Counted from the stretch's first letter, positions 1-9,306 are shown. The stretch is DNA of 37,422 nt from Candidatus Micrarchaeia archaeon (GCA_049976305.1 JBMFIM010000008.1:1-37422), one strand, 5' to 3'. Translations and numbers: made by a program. The notes: generated by a model from the sequence alone, not told the origin.

Positions 1-272
1 CCTAAGTCCCCTGTTTTCTTGAAGCTTTTTTCTACTTCCTCCTTCGAATAGCCGCTAGCTATTGCTATCGATTCCTCTGCAAGCTTCTCCGCTATGCCTA
101 TCTCTACGCCCTCGAATGGTGGGGCCAGCATGCCCTGGGTCATGTAAATGAGAGGTTTCATCTCTTCCTTCTTCGCCTTTTTGAGCATTTCTGTGAGTAT
201 GTCTATCATGCCCAGCCTTGAGGATATGCCCTCAAGCTTCTCATAGTATTTTGCTACCTCTTCGAACAGCAT
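1..272 (-). CDS. lig: ATP-dependent DNA ligase, N-terminal part (runs off window start)
   Basis: Manual translation from ATG at 272: MLFEEVAKYYEKLEGISSRLGMIDILTEMLKKAKKEEMKPLIYMTQGMLAPPFEGVEIGIAEKLAEESIAIASGYSKEEVEKSFKKTGDL, the typical archaeal ligase DNA-binding domain start (TGDLG motif). Not in the ORF track. Confidence 0.9.
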   Translation of the reverse strand, partial: MLFEEVAKYYEKLEGISSRLGMIDILTEMLKKAKKEEMKPLIYMTQGMLAPPFEGVEIGIAEKLAEESIAIASGYSKEEVEKSFKKTGDL

Positions 273-336
273 GCTCCCACAAGTAAAACTAGCATTGATG
301 ACTTTTTAAGCCTTGCTAATGCCTGCTTTAGAGAGG

Positions 337-1313
337 TTAGGAAATGCCCAAGCTGGAGAGCTGTGTGGAATTGAGTACGGGCCCAGGCAAAGTTGCTAAG
401 TTGCCAGGCACGACGTTGCTTAGAGCGGTTTCATTTAGGCTCATGGTCATAGAGAGCGAAGCTGATGCGTTAGTAGTAGGGTTTGTTATGGTGGAATGGC
501 TTGTGACTAAGAGCGACAACAGCATGTTTGTATTTTCAGCTAAGCACATGCTAAAGTTTGCAGTCATGTTCCCCAGGTTTGAAGCAGGCGTTGATAAGCT
601 TGAAAGCGAACTTGTCAAAGAGCTTTCATTTGCACGCAAATAGCCTTTTACTAGAATGCAAGGCCTGCCATTGTATGAAGACTTTGTGGAAGAGAGTACA
701 TGGACTATGCCGCTTACATTGTTTCTCAAGCCAATGAAGTTAGACATAGCTGCCTGGTAAATGCAAACATAAGAGGAGTTTGTTGAATTTACAGAGCCCA
801 CTGGCAGAGAGGTAGAGTTGATGCAGGCATAGTACTTACCGCCTTTCGATATTTCAATTATGCTGAGATTCCCAACGTAAGGCATTTTTACAGACAAATA
901 TGCACGCCCATCGCTTCCATTCTTTAGAAGGGTCATGTGCATCGGTACAGTGTAGCCTGTCGAGAAACTGCTTGAAGACTCATTAAAACTTATAGCACCA
1001 GAATAGCTCACGTTTGTTCTGTTTGCGTAGAAAATGGAGCTGTTTATAAGCTGCACAAATTTGTTTAGTGGCAATGTTTTGCCAGGAGCAAGCGAAGAGT
1101 AGATTGCGCTACTGCTTGTTGGTTTCTGCAATAGCAGCAAGTATGCTGCTACGATCAAGACAACAACCGCCAAACCAGCTATTGCTTTTTTGCTTTACCT
1201 TTGCCCTTTTTAGGTGCAGGTGCAGCTTGGGTATTCGGCTGTGTAGCTGCAGGCTCGGGAGCTGCTTCAGGCTGTGAAGCCTGCTGAATTTGTTGTTGAT
1301 CTATTTGATACAA
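337..1313 (-). CDS. Single-pass membrane-anchored, Ser/Thr/Asn-rich surface glycoprotein, interrupted by a -1 frameshift at about 1185-1191
   Basis: AGGAGG (1326-1321) lies 7 nt before TTG at 1313, giving MYQIDQQQIQQASQPEAAPEPAATQPNTQAAPAPKKGKGKAKKQ*. The -1 frame continues KKAIAGLAVVVLIVAAYLLL into ORF 337..1173, which has about 16 N-x-S/T sequons. Confidence 0.7.
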
Positions 1314-1375
1314 ACACTCGCCTCCTTCAGCATATTGCAACACAGATTAATATATTAGCAAGGTATTACTTTTGG

Positions 1376-2005
1376 ATGGAAGATTTAGAGATAGGCTCAT
1401 TTTCAGTTCCTGGAAGCACGCACGCCTATCAGGACAGGCTGCTCATAGATTCCAAGCGCGGGCTTTTTGCAGTTGCCGATGGCGTTAGCATTCCAGACTT
1501 TGGCGACAGCGGAAAAGCAGCAGAATTTGCATTGGCAGCACTGGAAAAGAGTTTTAGCGGGGACTTAGCGAAGGCGATAGAATTAGCAAACAATGAATTG
1601 TTGAAGGAGAGAAAAAGGCTTAATCTCGGGCTTACTACTATTTCTGCTGTGCATATCTCAGGCATGCGCGCTACATTTGCAAATGTAGGCGATAGCCTAT
1701 CTTTCTTGCTCAGAGACAAAAGATTAATTCAGATGGGCCAAATTGACAACAACGGCTTTTACATTACACAAGTATTAGGGCAACCTGGCATAACAGTCCA
1801 CAGCAAAGAGACGGAGCTTAGAAGAAGCGACATAGTTATTTTAGCAACAGATGGAGTTGAGCACGTGCTAAACGAGGCAACGCTACTTCAAGCACTTGCT
1901 AATTCTTTGACCATGAAAGAGTTTGCATCAAACATTTTGCAGGAAGCAAAAGAGCACCCAAGCGCGTATGACGATGACAAAACGCTCTTGTGCATAAGGC
2001 TGTGA
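1376..2005 (+). CDS. PP2C/PPM-family protein Ser/Thr phosphatase
   Basis: Motifs QDR, FAVADGV, TTIS, ANVGDS, ITQVLG, ILATDGV, DDKT. ATG 1376 preferred over the track start 1274, which overlaps the divergent gene. Confidence 0.9.
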   Translation: MEDLEIGSFSVPGSTHAYQDRLLIDSKRGLFAVADGVSIPDFGDSGKAAEFALAALEKSFSGDLAKAIELANNELLKERKRLNLGLTTISAVHISGMRATFANVGDSLSFLLRDKRLIQMGQIDNNGFYITQVLGQPGITVHSKETELRRSDIVILATDGVEHVLNEATLLQALANSLTMKEFASNILQEAKEHPSAYDDDKTLLCIRL

Positions 2006-2011
2006 AATTAG

Positions 2012-2097
2012 TGCAGGGGGTGAGATTTGAACTCACGCACCCACAAAGGGAACGGGTCCTAAGCCCGCCGCATTTGGCCAGGCTCTGCCACCCCTGC
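2012..2097 (-). tRNA. tRNA-Leu (anticodon UAG), long variable arm, no intron, no encoded CCA
   Basis: Reverse complement GCAGGGGTGGCAGAGCCTGGCCAAATGCGGCGGGCTTAGGACCCGTT...GTTCAAATCTCACCCCCTGCA; anticodon loop CT-TAG-GA. Confidence 0.95.
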
Positions 2098-2153
2098 TTC
2101 TATACAAAAGCTTTAAATCGTTTAAAAATAAAAAGTTGCTTATAAGTGGATAT

Positions 2154-3452
2154 ATGCTAACAACTAGATGGGTTAGAGAGAATCTCGACGCTATAAGGAA
2201 ATCGCTTGAAAAAAGGAAGAGCGACTTCCCGCTAGACGAGCTGCTCAAGCTTGACGAGGAAACAAGGCAGATGGTAACAGAGATACAAAGGCTGAGGACT
2301 GAGAGGAACAAGGGCAGCTTGGAAATAGCCAACAAGAAAAAGCAGGGCGTTCAGCCAAGCCAGGAAGAGCTGAGCAGGCTGGCAAGCTTGAAAGAGCAGA
2401 TAGACAAGCTAGAGGCAGAGCTCGAAAAGAAGAAGGAGAGGCTAGACAAGCTACTCTGGAGCATGCCGAACATACTGCACGATTCTGTTCCATATGGCAA
2501 AGACTCTAGCGACAACGTAGAGCTAAGGAAGTGGGGAACGCCAAGGCCAGACAAGACCCCAAGCCACATAGACATACTTGAAAAGCTGGGCCTTGTAGAC
2601 TTGGAAAGGGCAGCAAAGGTAGCTGGGGCGCGCTTTTACTACCTTAAAGGAGATATGGTAAAGCTCTCGCTCGCTCTTGAGCATTTTGCAATAGACGAGC
2701 TTTCTAAGAAAGGCTACATACCTGTGCTTCCTCCTTTCATGATAAAGAAGGAGTACTATCAGGGAGTTACGAGCCTTGCTGACTTCGTTGACGCACTTTA
2801 TGCAGTAGGCGAAAGCTCCGAGGCAAAAGGTGCGGCTGAGATAGAGCACGTTAATGAGCAGCTTTATCTCATTTCCACATCAGAGCATGCGATAGCGGCT
2901 ATGCACGCGGGCGAGGTCTTCTCCAAGACAGACCTGCCTTTGAAATATGTTGGCATAAGCACGTGCTTCAGAAGAGAGGCAGGCGCTCACGGGAAAGACA
3001 CAAAAGGGATCTTCAGAGTTCACCAGTTCGACAAGATAGAGCAGTTCATATTCTCCCGAGCAGACGACTCTTGGCAATACTTCGATGAGCTAGTCAGAAA
3101 TGAGGAAGAGATGTTCCAGAAGCTTGGCATTCCCTACCATGTAATAGAAATATGCACAGGCGACATAGGAATAGTTGCTGCGAAGAAGAATGACGTTGAA
3201 GGTTGGTTCCCTAGCCAGGGGCAATACAGGGAGCTAACTTCTGCTTCTAACTGCACAGACTGGCAGTCCATGAGGCTTGACATAAAATATGATGAAGGAA
3301 ACGAGAGGAAATACGTGCACACGCTCAATGCTACTGGCATAGCAATCGAAAGGGCGCTGGCTGCTATAGTAGAGAACTATTACAACGATGACGGCACGAT
3401 TACAGTGCCAGAAGTTCTTGTTCCTTACATGGGCAAGCGAAAGATAGGCTAA
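2154..3452 (+). CDS. serS: Seryl-tRNA synthetase
   Basis: N-terminal coiled coil; motifs LISTSEH, FRREAGAHGKDTKGIFRVHQFDKIEQ, ELTSASNCTDWQ, HTLNATGIAIER. ATG 2154 is the likely start. Confidence 0.97.
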   Translation: MLTTRWVRENLDAIRKSLEKRKSDFPLDELLKLDEETRQMVTEIQRLRTERNKGSLEIANKKKQGVQPSQEELSRLASLKEQIDKLEAELEKKKERLDKLLWSMPNILHDSVPYGKDSSDNVELRKWGTPRPDKTPSHIDILEKLGLVDLERAAKVAGARFYYLKGDMVKLSLALEHFAIDELSKKGYIPVLPPFMIKKEYYQGVTSLADFVDALYAVGESSEAKGAAEIEHVNEQLYLISTSEHAIAAMHAGEVFSKTDLPLKYVGISTCFRREAGAHGKDTKGIFRVHQFDKIEQFIFSRADDSWQYFDELVRNEEEMFQKLGIPYHVIEICTGDIGIVAAKKNDVEGWFPSQGQYRELTSASNCTDWQSMRLDIKYDEGNERKYVHTLNATGIAIERALAAIVENYYNDDGTITVPEVLVPYMGKRKIG

Positions 3453-3463
3453 GAAATGATCTT

Positions 3464-4723
3464 ATGAAGGAGGAGTACGATTTGCTAAAAGAAGTAAAGA
3501 GGCTAAAGTCGATAAGAGGAAATGGAACTGAGCTGATAAGCATCTACATACCGGCTGGATTCCAGCTCAGCGACGAGATAGCTAGGCTGAGGCAAGAATA
3601 CAACCAATCTGGAAACATAAAGTCAAAGACAACAAGGACAAATGTGCAAAGCGCAATAGACAAGATAATACAATACCTTAAACTTTTCAAGGAAACTCCG
3701 AAAAATGGCTTGGCTGTTTTCTGCGGGAACATCTCACCGGTAGAGGGCAAGGAGGATATAGAGCTCTTTTCAATGGAGCCTCCTGAGCCTATTAAGGTGA
3801 ATATCTACCGATGCGACTCCACATTCTTGCTCGACCCCATAGAGGCCATGCTAGAAACCAGAGATGTTTTCGTGCTCCTAGTCATGGATGGGAGGGAAGC
3901 AACCATAGCAACGCTGAGAGGCTCGCACATTCAGGTCATTACGAAAATCCATTCGATGGCGCATGCAAAGATGAAAAAAGGGGGCCAAAGCGCAAGGAGA
4001 TTTGCTAGGGCTAGGGAGGAAGATATAGAATTTTACTATACTGAAATAGCTGAAGCAATAAACGACCTGTTTGAGCGTAATGACTTCAAGTTCAATGGCC
4101 TTATTGTCGGAGGCCCAGGGCCTGCAAAAGAGAACTTTCTTAAGGCGAACAAGCTTAACTATCAAATAAAAGTGCTAGGAGTCTTTGACACCGGCTATAC
4201 TGATGAGTATGGGCTCAATGAACTTGTTGAAAAGGCTTACGACATACTCAAAGAACAGGAGGCAGCAAAGGAAAGACAGGTAATAGAGAGATTCATAAGA
4301 GAAATATCTAGCAACGGCCTGGCAGTTTATGGCTATGCAAACACCAAGAAGGCCCTGCAAGCAGGCAACGTTGCAACGCTAATTGTAAGCAAAGATCTCG
4401 AATTCTACATAGCACACAGAAAATGCAACAAGTGTGGCGCAGAGGTGGATCTTGAGATTGTGCAGCGTGCAAACGAGTCAGATGCAGAATTTGAAAGAAG
4501 AAAGCAGGAAATACTTGAAAACGAGGACCCTCCAGAGACCAGGCTGCACAAAGGGTGTGGCGGGTTTTTTGAAACTGTGTCGATGAAGGATGCGGTGGAG
4601 GAGCTCATAGACCTTGCTGACAAAATAGGAGCTGAGACTGTTTTTGTATCTTCTGAAAGCTCATACGGTAAGGAGTTCCTGATGGGCTTCACAGGCATAG
4701 GTGCAATACTCCGCTACAAATGA
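3464..4723 (+). CDS. prf1: Archaeal peptide chain release factor aRF1
   Basis: GTELISIYIP, NIKS, YRCD and GGQS motifs; C-terminal GIGAILRY. Confidence 0.97.
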   Translation: MKEEYDLLKEVKRLKSIRGNGTELISIYIPAGFQLSDEIARLRQEYNQSGNIKSKTTRTNVQSAIDKIIQYLKLFKETPKNGLAVFCGNISPVEGKEDIELFSMEPPEPIKVNIYRCDSTFLLDPIEAMLETRDVFVLLVMDGREATIATLRGSHIQVITKIHSMAHAKMKKGGQSARRFARAREEDIEFYYTEIAEAINDLFERNDFKFNGLIVGGPGPAKENFLKANKLNYQIKVLGVFDTGYTDEYGLNELVEKAYDILKEQEAAKERQVIERFIREISSNGLAVYGYANTKKALQAGNVATLIVSKDLEFYIAHRKCNKCGAEVDLEIVQRANESDAEFERRKQEILENEDPPETRLHKGCGGFFETVSMKDAVEELIDLADKIGAETVFVSSESSYGKEFLMGFTGIGAILRYK

Positions 4724-4877
4724 GCCAACGCTTCCTTCCCTTTGTACGCAAGTAATTTATTTCTATGTGGTCCAAGTATTAGGATTCCGAGGGGGCTTTG
4801 GAAAAATTAAGCAATATTATTTAAATAGGGGAGCCCAAATATGGGGGAAGGCGTAATGCTTATAAAAGGGTGAAAAA

Positions 4878-5855
4878 ATGTCGGCGAATCTTACAAAAAC
4901 CGAACTGAAAACATTGTCGAAGATCCTAGAAGAGGGGGAGGAAGTAATTGCAGTTGGCAGGCAGCACAGGCTTACAAAGCTCATTGCGCCTGCAATGACA
5001 TTAGCAACGGACAAGCGGCTTATAATAATGAAAAGGGATGTGCTTGGAATAAGGTCCGATATGCACTTCATACCTTACGAGCACATAGTAAGCTTTAGGC
5101 TTGTACATGGCTTTGTCTTTTCGTCAATAAAGCTGAGACTTCTCGGAGCGTCAAAGCCCAATGAGCATGCAGTTACAAGCTTAGAAGAGGATGAAACCGA
5201 AATAAATGGCCTGACAAGGGGCGCGGCAAGAATACTAGCAGGAAAGCTTAGCGCAAACATACACGAAAGACTAAACAGAAAAGATTCTGGAGAAACCATA
5301 GTCCACCACACAACGCCAGTAGTCAACATATTCGTAATGGGTAATGGTTACAGTGCTGCCCCAAGGCTCTATCTGCCAAATATACTTGAAGCAGGACATA
5401 ATGCAGTAATGAATGACTACGCAGTTCCGTTTGCTACAGAATATGCTTATGAAGATACAGCAATGGAGCAGAGTACAAGCGTGGAGGAAGAAACAGACGG
5501 TGAAGTGGCCTATGCTATCGAAAAGCCAGAAAGTGAAGAAGGCCACAAAGGCGAAGCCAAGTCAGCAAATTCGAACGCTGCATTGATAGAAATAAAAAGA
5601 ACTGAAAGCAAAGAAGAGCAGAACGAAAAGAAAGGAGAAAAGCCGGAGCATGCCCAGCATAACCAGCAAACAGAAGCGCAACCGCAGACCCAGACCCGTG
5701 CAGTAAGACCTGAAGACCTTCAAATTTTCAAAAAGCGTCTCCACAGGAATCCGATAGGGGAACTCACCTTCTTGCACAGGCTATTCTTCAGCAAGCAGCA
5801 GGATAAAGATGACTTCCTCGAAGGCATTGAAGGCAAGTACTTCGGCGGCTACTGA
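4878..5855 (+). CDS. Bacterial-type PH-domain protein with long acidic low-complexity tail
   Basis: N-terminus LEEGEEVI...ATDKRLII...IPYEHIVSFRLVHGFVFSSIKL fits the bPH pattern; E/Q/K-rich tail; GGGTGA SD upstream. Confidence 0.65.
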   Translation: MSANLTKTELKTLSKILEEGEEVIAVGRQHRLTKLIAPAMTLATDKRLIIMKRDVLGIRSDMHFIPYEHIVSFRLVHGFVFSSIKLRLLGASKPNEHAVTSLEEDETEINGLTRGAARILAGKLSANIHERLNRKDSGETIVHHTTPVVNIFVMGNGYSAAPRLYLPNILEAGHNAVMNDYAVPFATEYAYEDTAMEQSTSVEEETDGEVAYAIEKPESEEGHKGEAKSANSNAALIEIKRTESKEEQNEKKGEKPEHAQHNQQTEAQPQTQTRAVRPEDLQIFKKRLHRNPIGELTFLHRLFFSKQQDKDDFLEGIEGKYFGGY

Positions 5856-6115
5856 ATGTCGCCGTTTTCTCTTATTTTTTCGTCTTCGTAAGGGGCTACT
5901 TTCCTTCTATAAAATTCCTGCTTCACTGATTCCAACACGCCAATTGCACGGTTGTAGTTGAAATACCTAGGGCTGTAAAGGCTCCAAAGTAGCTTTGTTA
6001 CTACATAGTTCAGTTCTCCGTCTACTTCCTCTGTTTCTGCGCTTTTCAACAAGCCGATGAGTGGCTCCAGAAGCTTATCGATCTCCTGCCTCTTGTCTTT
6101 CTTTATATACGGCAT
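5849..6115 (-). CDS. Small conserved protein, DUF6899-like
   Basis: MPYIK...GELNY...YNRAIGVLESVKQEFYRRKVAPYEDEKIRENGDI matches a pattern I recall for this family; start placed at MPYI. Confidence 0.65.
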   Translation of the reverse strand: MPYIKKDKRQEIDKLLEPLIGLLKSAETEEVDGELNYVVTKLLWSLYSPRYFNYNRAIGVLESVKQEFYRRKVAPYEDEKIRENGDIQ

Positions 6116-6196
6116 GCTTAAAAACCACAAACAAAGAATTTAAATCAGATGGAGCAATCTTTTTATTTCTGCACAATAAAATCAATATGAAATTAT

Positions 6197-6269
6197 GCGA
6201 TCGTAGTCTAGCCTGGTAGGACATTGCCTTGCCAAGGCAGGAACCCGGGTTCAAATCCCGGCGGTCGCA
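6197..6269 (+). tRNA. tRNA-Gly (anticodon GCC)
   Basis: GCGATCGTAGTCTAGCCTGGTAGGACATTGCCTTGCCAAGGCAGGAACCCGGGTTCAAATCCCGGCGGTCGCA folds as a cloverleaf; anticodon loop TT-GCC-AA. Confidence 0.95.
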
Positions 6270-6314
6270 TATAACTACTTGCAACTTGGATGAGGAATTG
6301 GCAATGGGAACTCT

Positions 6315-7217
6315 ATGCTAAAATATTATGTGCTTGAGCTGCTAGATCCGAACTTCGTAATAACGCCTGTGAGCTCATTGGTCGGCATAGCCTTTGCAGC
6401 GACATATACAAGAATAAGCATATGGCTTCTTGTTCTTCTTCTTATAGGGCTTGCACTTGCGAACATGGCGGTCAATACATTCAATGCCTACACCGACTAT
6501 GCAACTGGTTTGGATAAAGAAGTGCCGCTTACCAAATTCAGCGGGGGCACGATAAAATCTGTATATCTCAGAAAAGGTCTTGTCAATGAGAAAGAGGTCT
6601 TATGGCTCGCTATTTTCGTATTTGCATTGGCTGTGTCAATAGGCGCGTATTTTGTCTTGCGTGTACCGGCGCTTTTGCCCATTGTTGCATTAGGGGCTGT
6701 AGTAATTGTCGTCTATACTACATTTTTGCTCAAGATACCATATGCAGCAGAGCCAATGCTCATAATTGTCTACACGCTCGTGCCAATAGGCGCATTTGTA
6801 GCTTTGACGGGCAAATTGGCTGAGGTGCAAAGCCTAGTTTTCAGCAGCATACCTATAGGCATTCTTGTCAGCATGGTGCTTTTGCTTAATGAAGTGCCTG
6901 ATGCTCCTTTTGACAGAAAGTATGGCAGGAAAAGCCTTGCAGTTATGCTCTCCGATCCGAAGAGGATAGCAAATACGTACCTTTTGCTCCAGGCTTTTGG
7001 CTATGCAGCACTAATAGCAGGAGTATTGGCCAAGTTGCTAAAGCCTCTTGCACTTTTGCCAATGCTTGCAATCCCTCTCATGCTGGCTGCTTATAAAGGC
7101 ACTTTGCATTTTGAAAGCTCGGAAAAGTTTGAGAAGTACATGGGCTACAATGTCGCCTTTTTCTTTCTCTTCGTCATCCTACTAAGCGTTGGCATCTTCC
7201 TCAACGGAGTTCTTTAG
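6315..7217 (+). CDS. UbiA-superfamily prenyltransferase, MenA-like
   Basis: About 9 hydrophobic helices; NTFNAYTDYATGLD, FSGG and LLNEVPDAPFDRKYGRKSLAV motifs. Confidence 0.85.
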   Translation: MLKYYVLELLDPNFVITPVSSLVGIAFAATYTRISIWLLVLLLIGLALANMAVNTFNAYTDYATGLDKEVPLTKFSGGTIKSVYLRKGLVNEKEVLWLAIFVFALAVSIGAYFVLRVPALLPIVALGAVVIVVYTTFLLKIPYAAEPMLIIVYTLVPIGAFVALTGKLAEVQSLVFSSIPIGILVSMVLLLNEVPDAPFDRKYGRKSLAVMLSDPKRIANTYLLLQAFGYAALIAGVLAKLLKPLALLPMLAIPLMLAAYKGTLHFESSEKFEKYMGYNVAFFFLFVILLSVGIFLNGVL

Positions 7218-8049
7218 GAAGCTTTATGCTTTCTAAGTAGCTGTTCAAAAGCCCCTTGCTTGGGAAGTCTGGAATGCTTCTAGACAGCAGGATTGCTTTT
7301 CTTAAATTCGCATTGTTGATCTTCACAGCTTCGTCAACAGCCTGCGAGACACTCCTGGTTTTTGAATAAATCACATCTATTATGTTGCTATGAGAAGCAT
7401 CATGTTCGCCTTCCAGGTAGTCAAGCACATCGTCCCTTATTTGGAATGCGATTCCGGCCATTGCACCTATTTCGTTAAGCTTTTCAGCAAGCCTGCTTTT
7501 GGCATAAATCGCTGTTACGCTAAGCGAAGCTCCTATGAGCGAGGCAGTTTTGAGATGGGCAATCTGAAGATACTGCCTTAGGGTTCTGGGCCTGCTTTCT
7601 ATCTCTAGCGCCTCCCCAGCGCACATAGCCATTGCAGCGCTAGAAAGATAGGAAACAACATCATTGCCATATGGAGCTGCAAGCTTGATTGCATTTGCTA
7701 TCAAAGCGTCGCCTGCAAGCAGGGCTTGGCTTGTTCCATATTTCACATGCACAGCCTCTGTGCCCCTCCTAGTGCAGCTGTTGTCTATTATGTCGTCATG
7801 AATCAGCGAGGATACATGCAAAAGCTCCACTGCTGCGGCTAAGTCTACAAAATCTTCTTTAAGGTCGAGCATCATTGAGCCTATAAAAACCAATGCTGGC
7901 CTAAGAAGCTTGCCCGGCTTTTCCAGCAGGTGCAAAGAAGCAGCGTAGAGTTTTGGGCTCGCGAATTCTTTTTTGTCTAGGCTTTGTATCTTTGCCACTA
8001 CCTGCTGAAGTCCTATTTCTACATTTCTCTGGGCTTGCAGCGCTTGCAT
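7201..8049 (-). CDS. Polyprenyl diphosphate synthase (IdsA/GGPP synthase family)
   Basis: GKLLRP, ELLHVSSLIHDDIID..RRG (first Asp-rich motif), LLAGDAL, LKTASL, FQIRDDVLD (second Asp-rich motif). Confidence 0.92.
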   Translation of the reverse strand: MQALQAQRNVEIGLQQVVAKIQSLDKKEFASPKLYAASLHLLEKPGKLLRPALVFIGSMMLDLKEDFVDLAAAVELLHVSSLIHDDIIDNSCTRRGTEAVHVKYGTSQALLAGDALIANAIKLAAPYGNDVVSYLSSAAMAMCAGEALEIESRPRTLRQYLQIAHLKTASLIGASLSVTAIYAKSRLAEKLNEIGAMAGIAFQIRDDVLDYLEGEHDASHSNIIDVIYSKTRSVSQAVDEAVKINNANLRKAILLSRSIPDFPSKGLLNSYLESIKLPKELR

Positions 8050-8078
8050 TGCATCGCTAATTTTTCCTATTACAAATA

Positions 8079-9284
8079 TTAATTCCTATTATCCACTATT
8101 CCAAACCCTGAAAAGTTGCCATCTGAGAGCAGAATGAACCTACCAAGTTCAGGATACTTCGCAAAAGAAGAATAGGCTATGGGCTTGCTAAGCTCAAGCT
8201 CGCATTCTGCAGCAAAAATCTTGCCATGCGTGTAAGGCTTTCCTGTAAGTATATCTGTCTTCCTTCCAATCTTTCCTATTTTGCAGCCTAGCAAAACGCC
8301 ATTGAAGTTAATCTGCAGCTTGCCGGAAAGGCTAGATACAGCAAGGACCTTGGCATGTAGTCTCTTGCCAATGCTTATATCTGCATCATTGCTTGCTAGC
8401 ACTTTGCCCTTTGGCTCCTTTACATCTACACTCAGCTTGGCAGCTATGTTTTCACCTTTTTTCGCCTGTCCGCTTCTCTTTCCTTTGACAAGCATTGTAA
8501 GAAGCCTGACCTTCTTGTTTTCAGGTAGCAATAGAAGGTGCTGCTTAGAAGAGAGCTTGCCAGAGATCACGCGCCCTGCTATGAAGCTTTCACGCTCCCC
8601 TTCAACAGTACCGTTAAGCAGAACTACTGCCTGCCCTTCAGGATCATGGCTCCTCTTATGCAATCTCTCGTGTAGGATTTCGAGCAAGGGCTTACCTTTG
8701 TACCATCGCATATTTTTTGATAGCACAACAAGATTTTCGCCGGTGTACGCAGAAACAGGTACAAATACAAAGTTGTTTATGCCCACTGCCTTAAGATACG
8801 TTTCCACTTCTTCTTTTATCTTGTTGAAAGCCTGCTCAGAGTAGCCAACCGCGTCTAGCTTGTTTACCGCTACAATGAAGAAATCTATCCCCAGCATGTT
8901 AGCTATGAAAACATGCCTCCTAGTCTGGTCTTTGAAGCCTTCGCCCGCCTTTGCGGAAACAACCAATACTGCAGAATCAGCATAAGAGGCTCCTGTTATC
9001 ATGTTTTGTATGAGCTCCTTGTGACCTGGCACGTCTATGAACTCATAGGCAGCGCCTTTGTACTTGAGCTCTGCCCTTGTAGTATCTAGCGTAAGGCCGT
9101 ATGCCCTTTCTTCTGAAAAGCTATCTAGCAGGAAGGCAGGCTCAAATTTTTTGCCTAGCCTTTCGCTTGCTCTTTTCGCTTCTGCTATTCTTGACTCGAA
9201 TACCGAATTGGTTTGTATGAGAAGCTGACCTATTAGCGTAGATTTGCCATGGTCCTTATGCCCCAACACAACTATCCTATCCAT
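8079..9284 (-). CDS. cysN: Sulfate adenylyltransferase subunit 1 (CysN-like EF-1alpha-type GTPase), no fused APS kinase
   Basis: GHKDHGKST, LLDSFSEER..GLTLDTT, DVPGH, NMITGAS, NKLD, VSAYTGEN, LGRFIL; directly downstream of cysD. Confidence 0.82.
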   Translation of the reverse strand: MDRIVVLGHKDHGKSTLIGQLLIQTNSVFESRIAEAKRASERLGKKFEPAFLLDSFSEERAYGLTLDTTRAELKYKGAAYEFIDVPGHKELIQNMITGASYADSAVLVVSAKAGEGFKDQTRRHVFIANMLGIDFFIVAVNKLDAVGYSEQAFNKIKEEVETYLKAVGINNFVFVPVSAYTGENLVVLSKNMRWYKGKPLLEILHERLHKRSHDPEGQAVVLLNGTVEGERESFIAGRVISGKLSSKQHLLLLPENKKVRLLTMLVKGKRSGQAKKGENIAAKLSVDVKEPKGKVLASNDADISIGKRLHAKVLAVSSLSGKLQINFNGVLLGCKIGKIGRKTDILTGKPYTHGKIFAAECELELSKPIAYSSFAKYPELGRFILLSDGNFSGFGIVDNRN

Positions 9285-9306
9285 GACCAGCGCCTATACA
9301 ATTTTG

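Noticed and set aside
1179..1181. TAG as a possible pyrrolysine or readthrough codon
   Set aside because: The downstream coding region is in the -1 frame, so readthrough would not join the two parts.
1274..1375. Track N-terminal extension of the PP2C ORF
   Set aside because: It overlaps the start and SD of the divergent surface-protein gene; the phosphatase fold begins at ATG 1376.
4728..4854. Possible structured RNA from pairing ACGCTTCCTTCC with GGGGGAAGGCGT and GGGCTT with GAGCCC
   Set aside because: Pairing is imperfect and G-U rich, a TATA-like TTTAAATA sits inside it, and no known ncRNA motif is recognisable.
6304..6321. Upstream ATG GGA ACT CTA TGC TAA that one extra A would fuse to the MenA-like ORF
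   Set aside because: It would add only four residues and ATG 6315 is an adequate start; no evidence of a real frameshift.
8079..9284. EF-1alpha, SelB or HBS1 identity for the GTPase
   Set aside because: The divergent C-terminal domains and the position directly after cysD fit CysN better.
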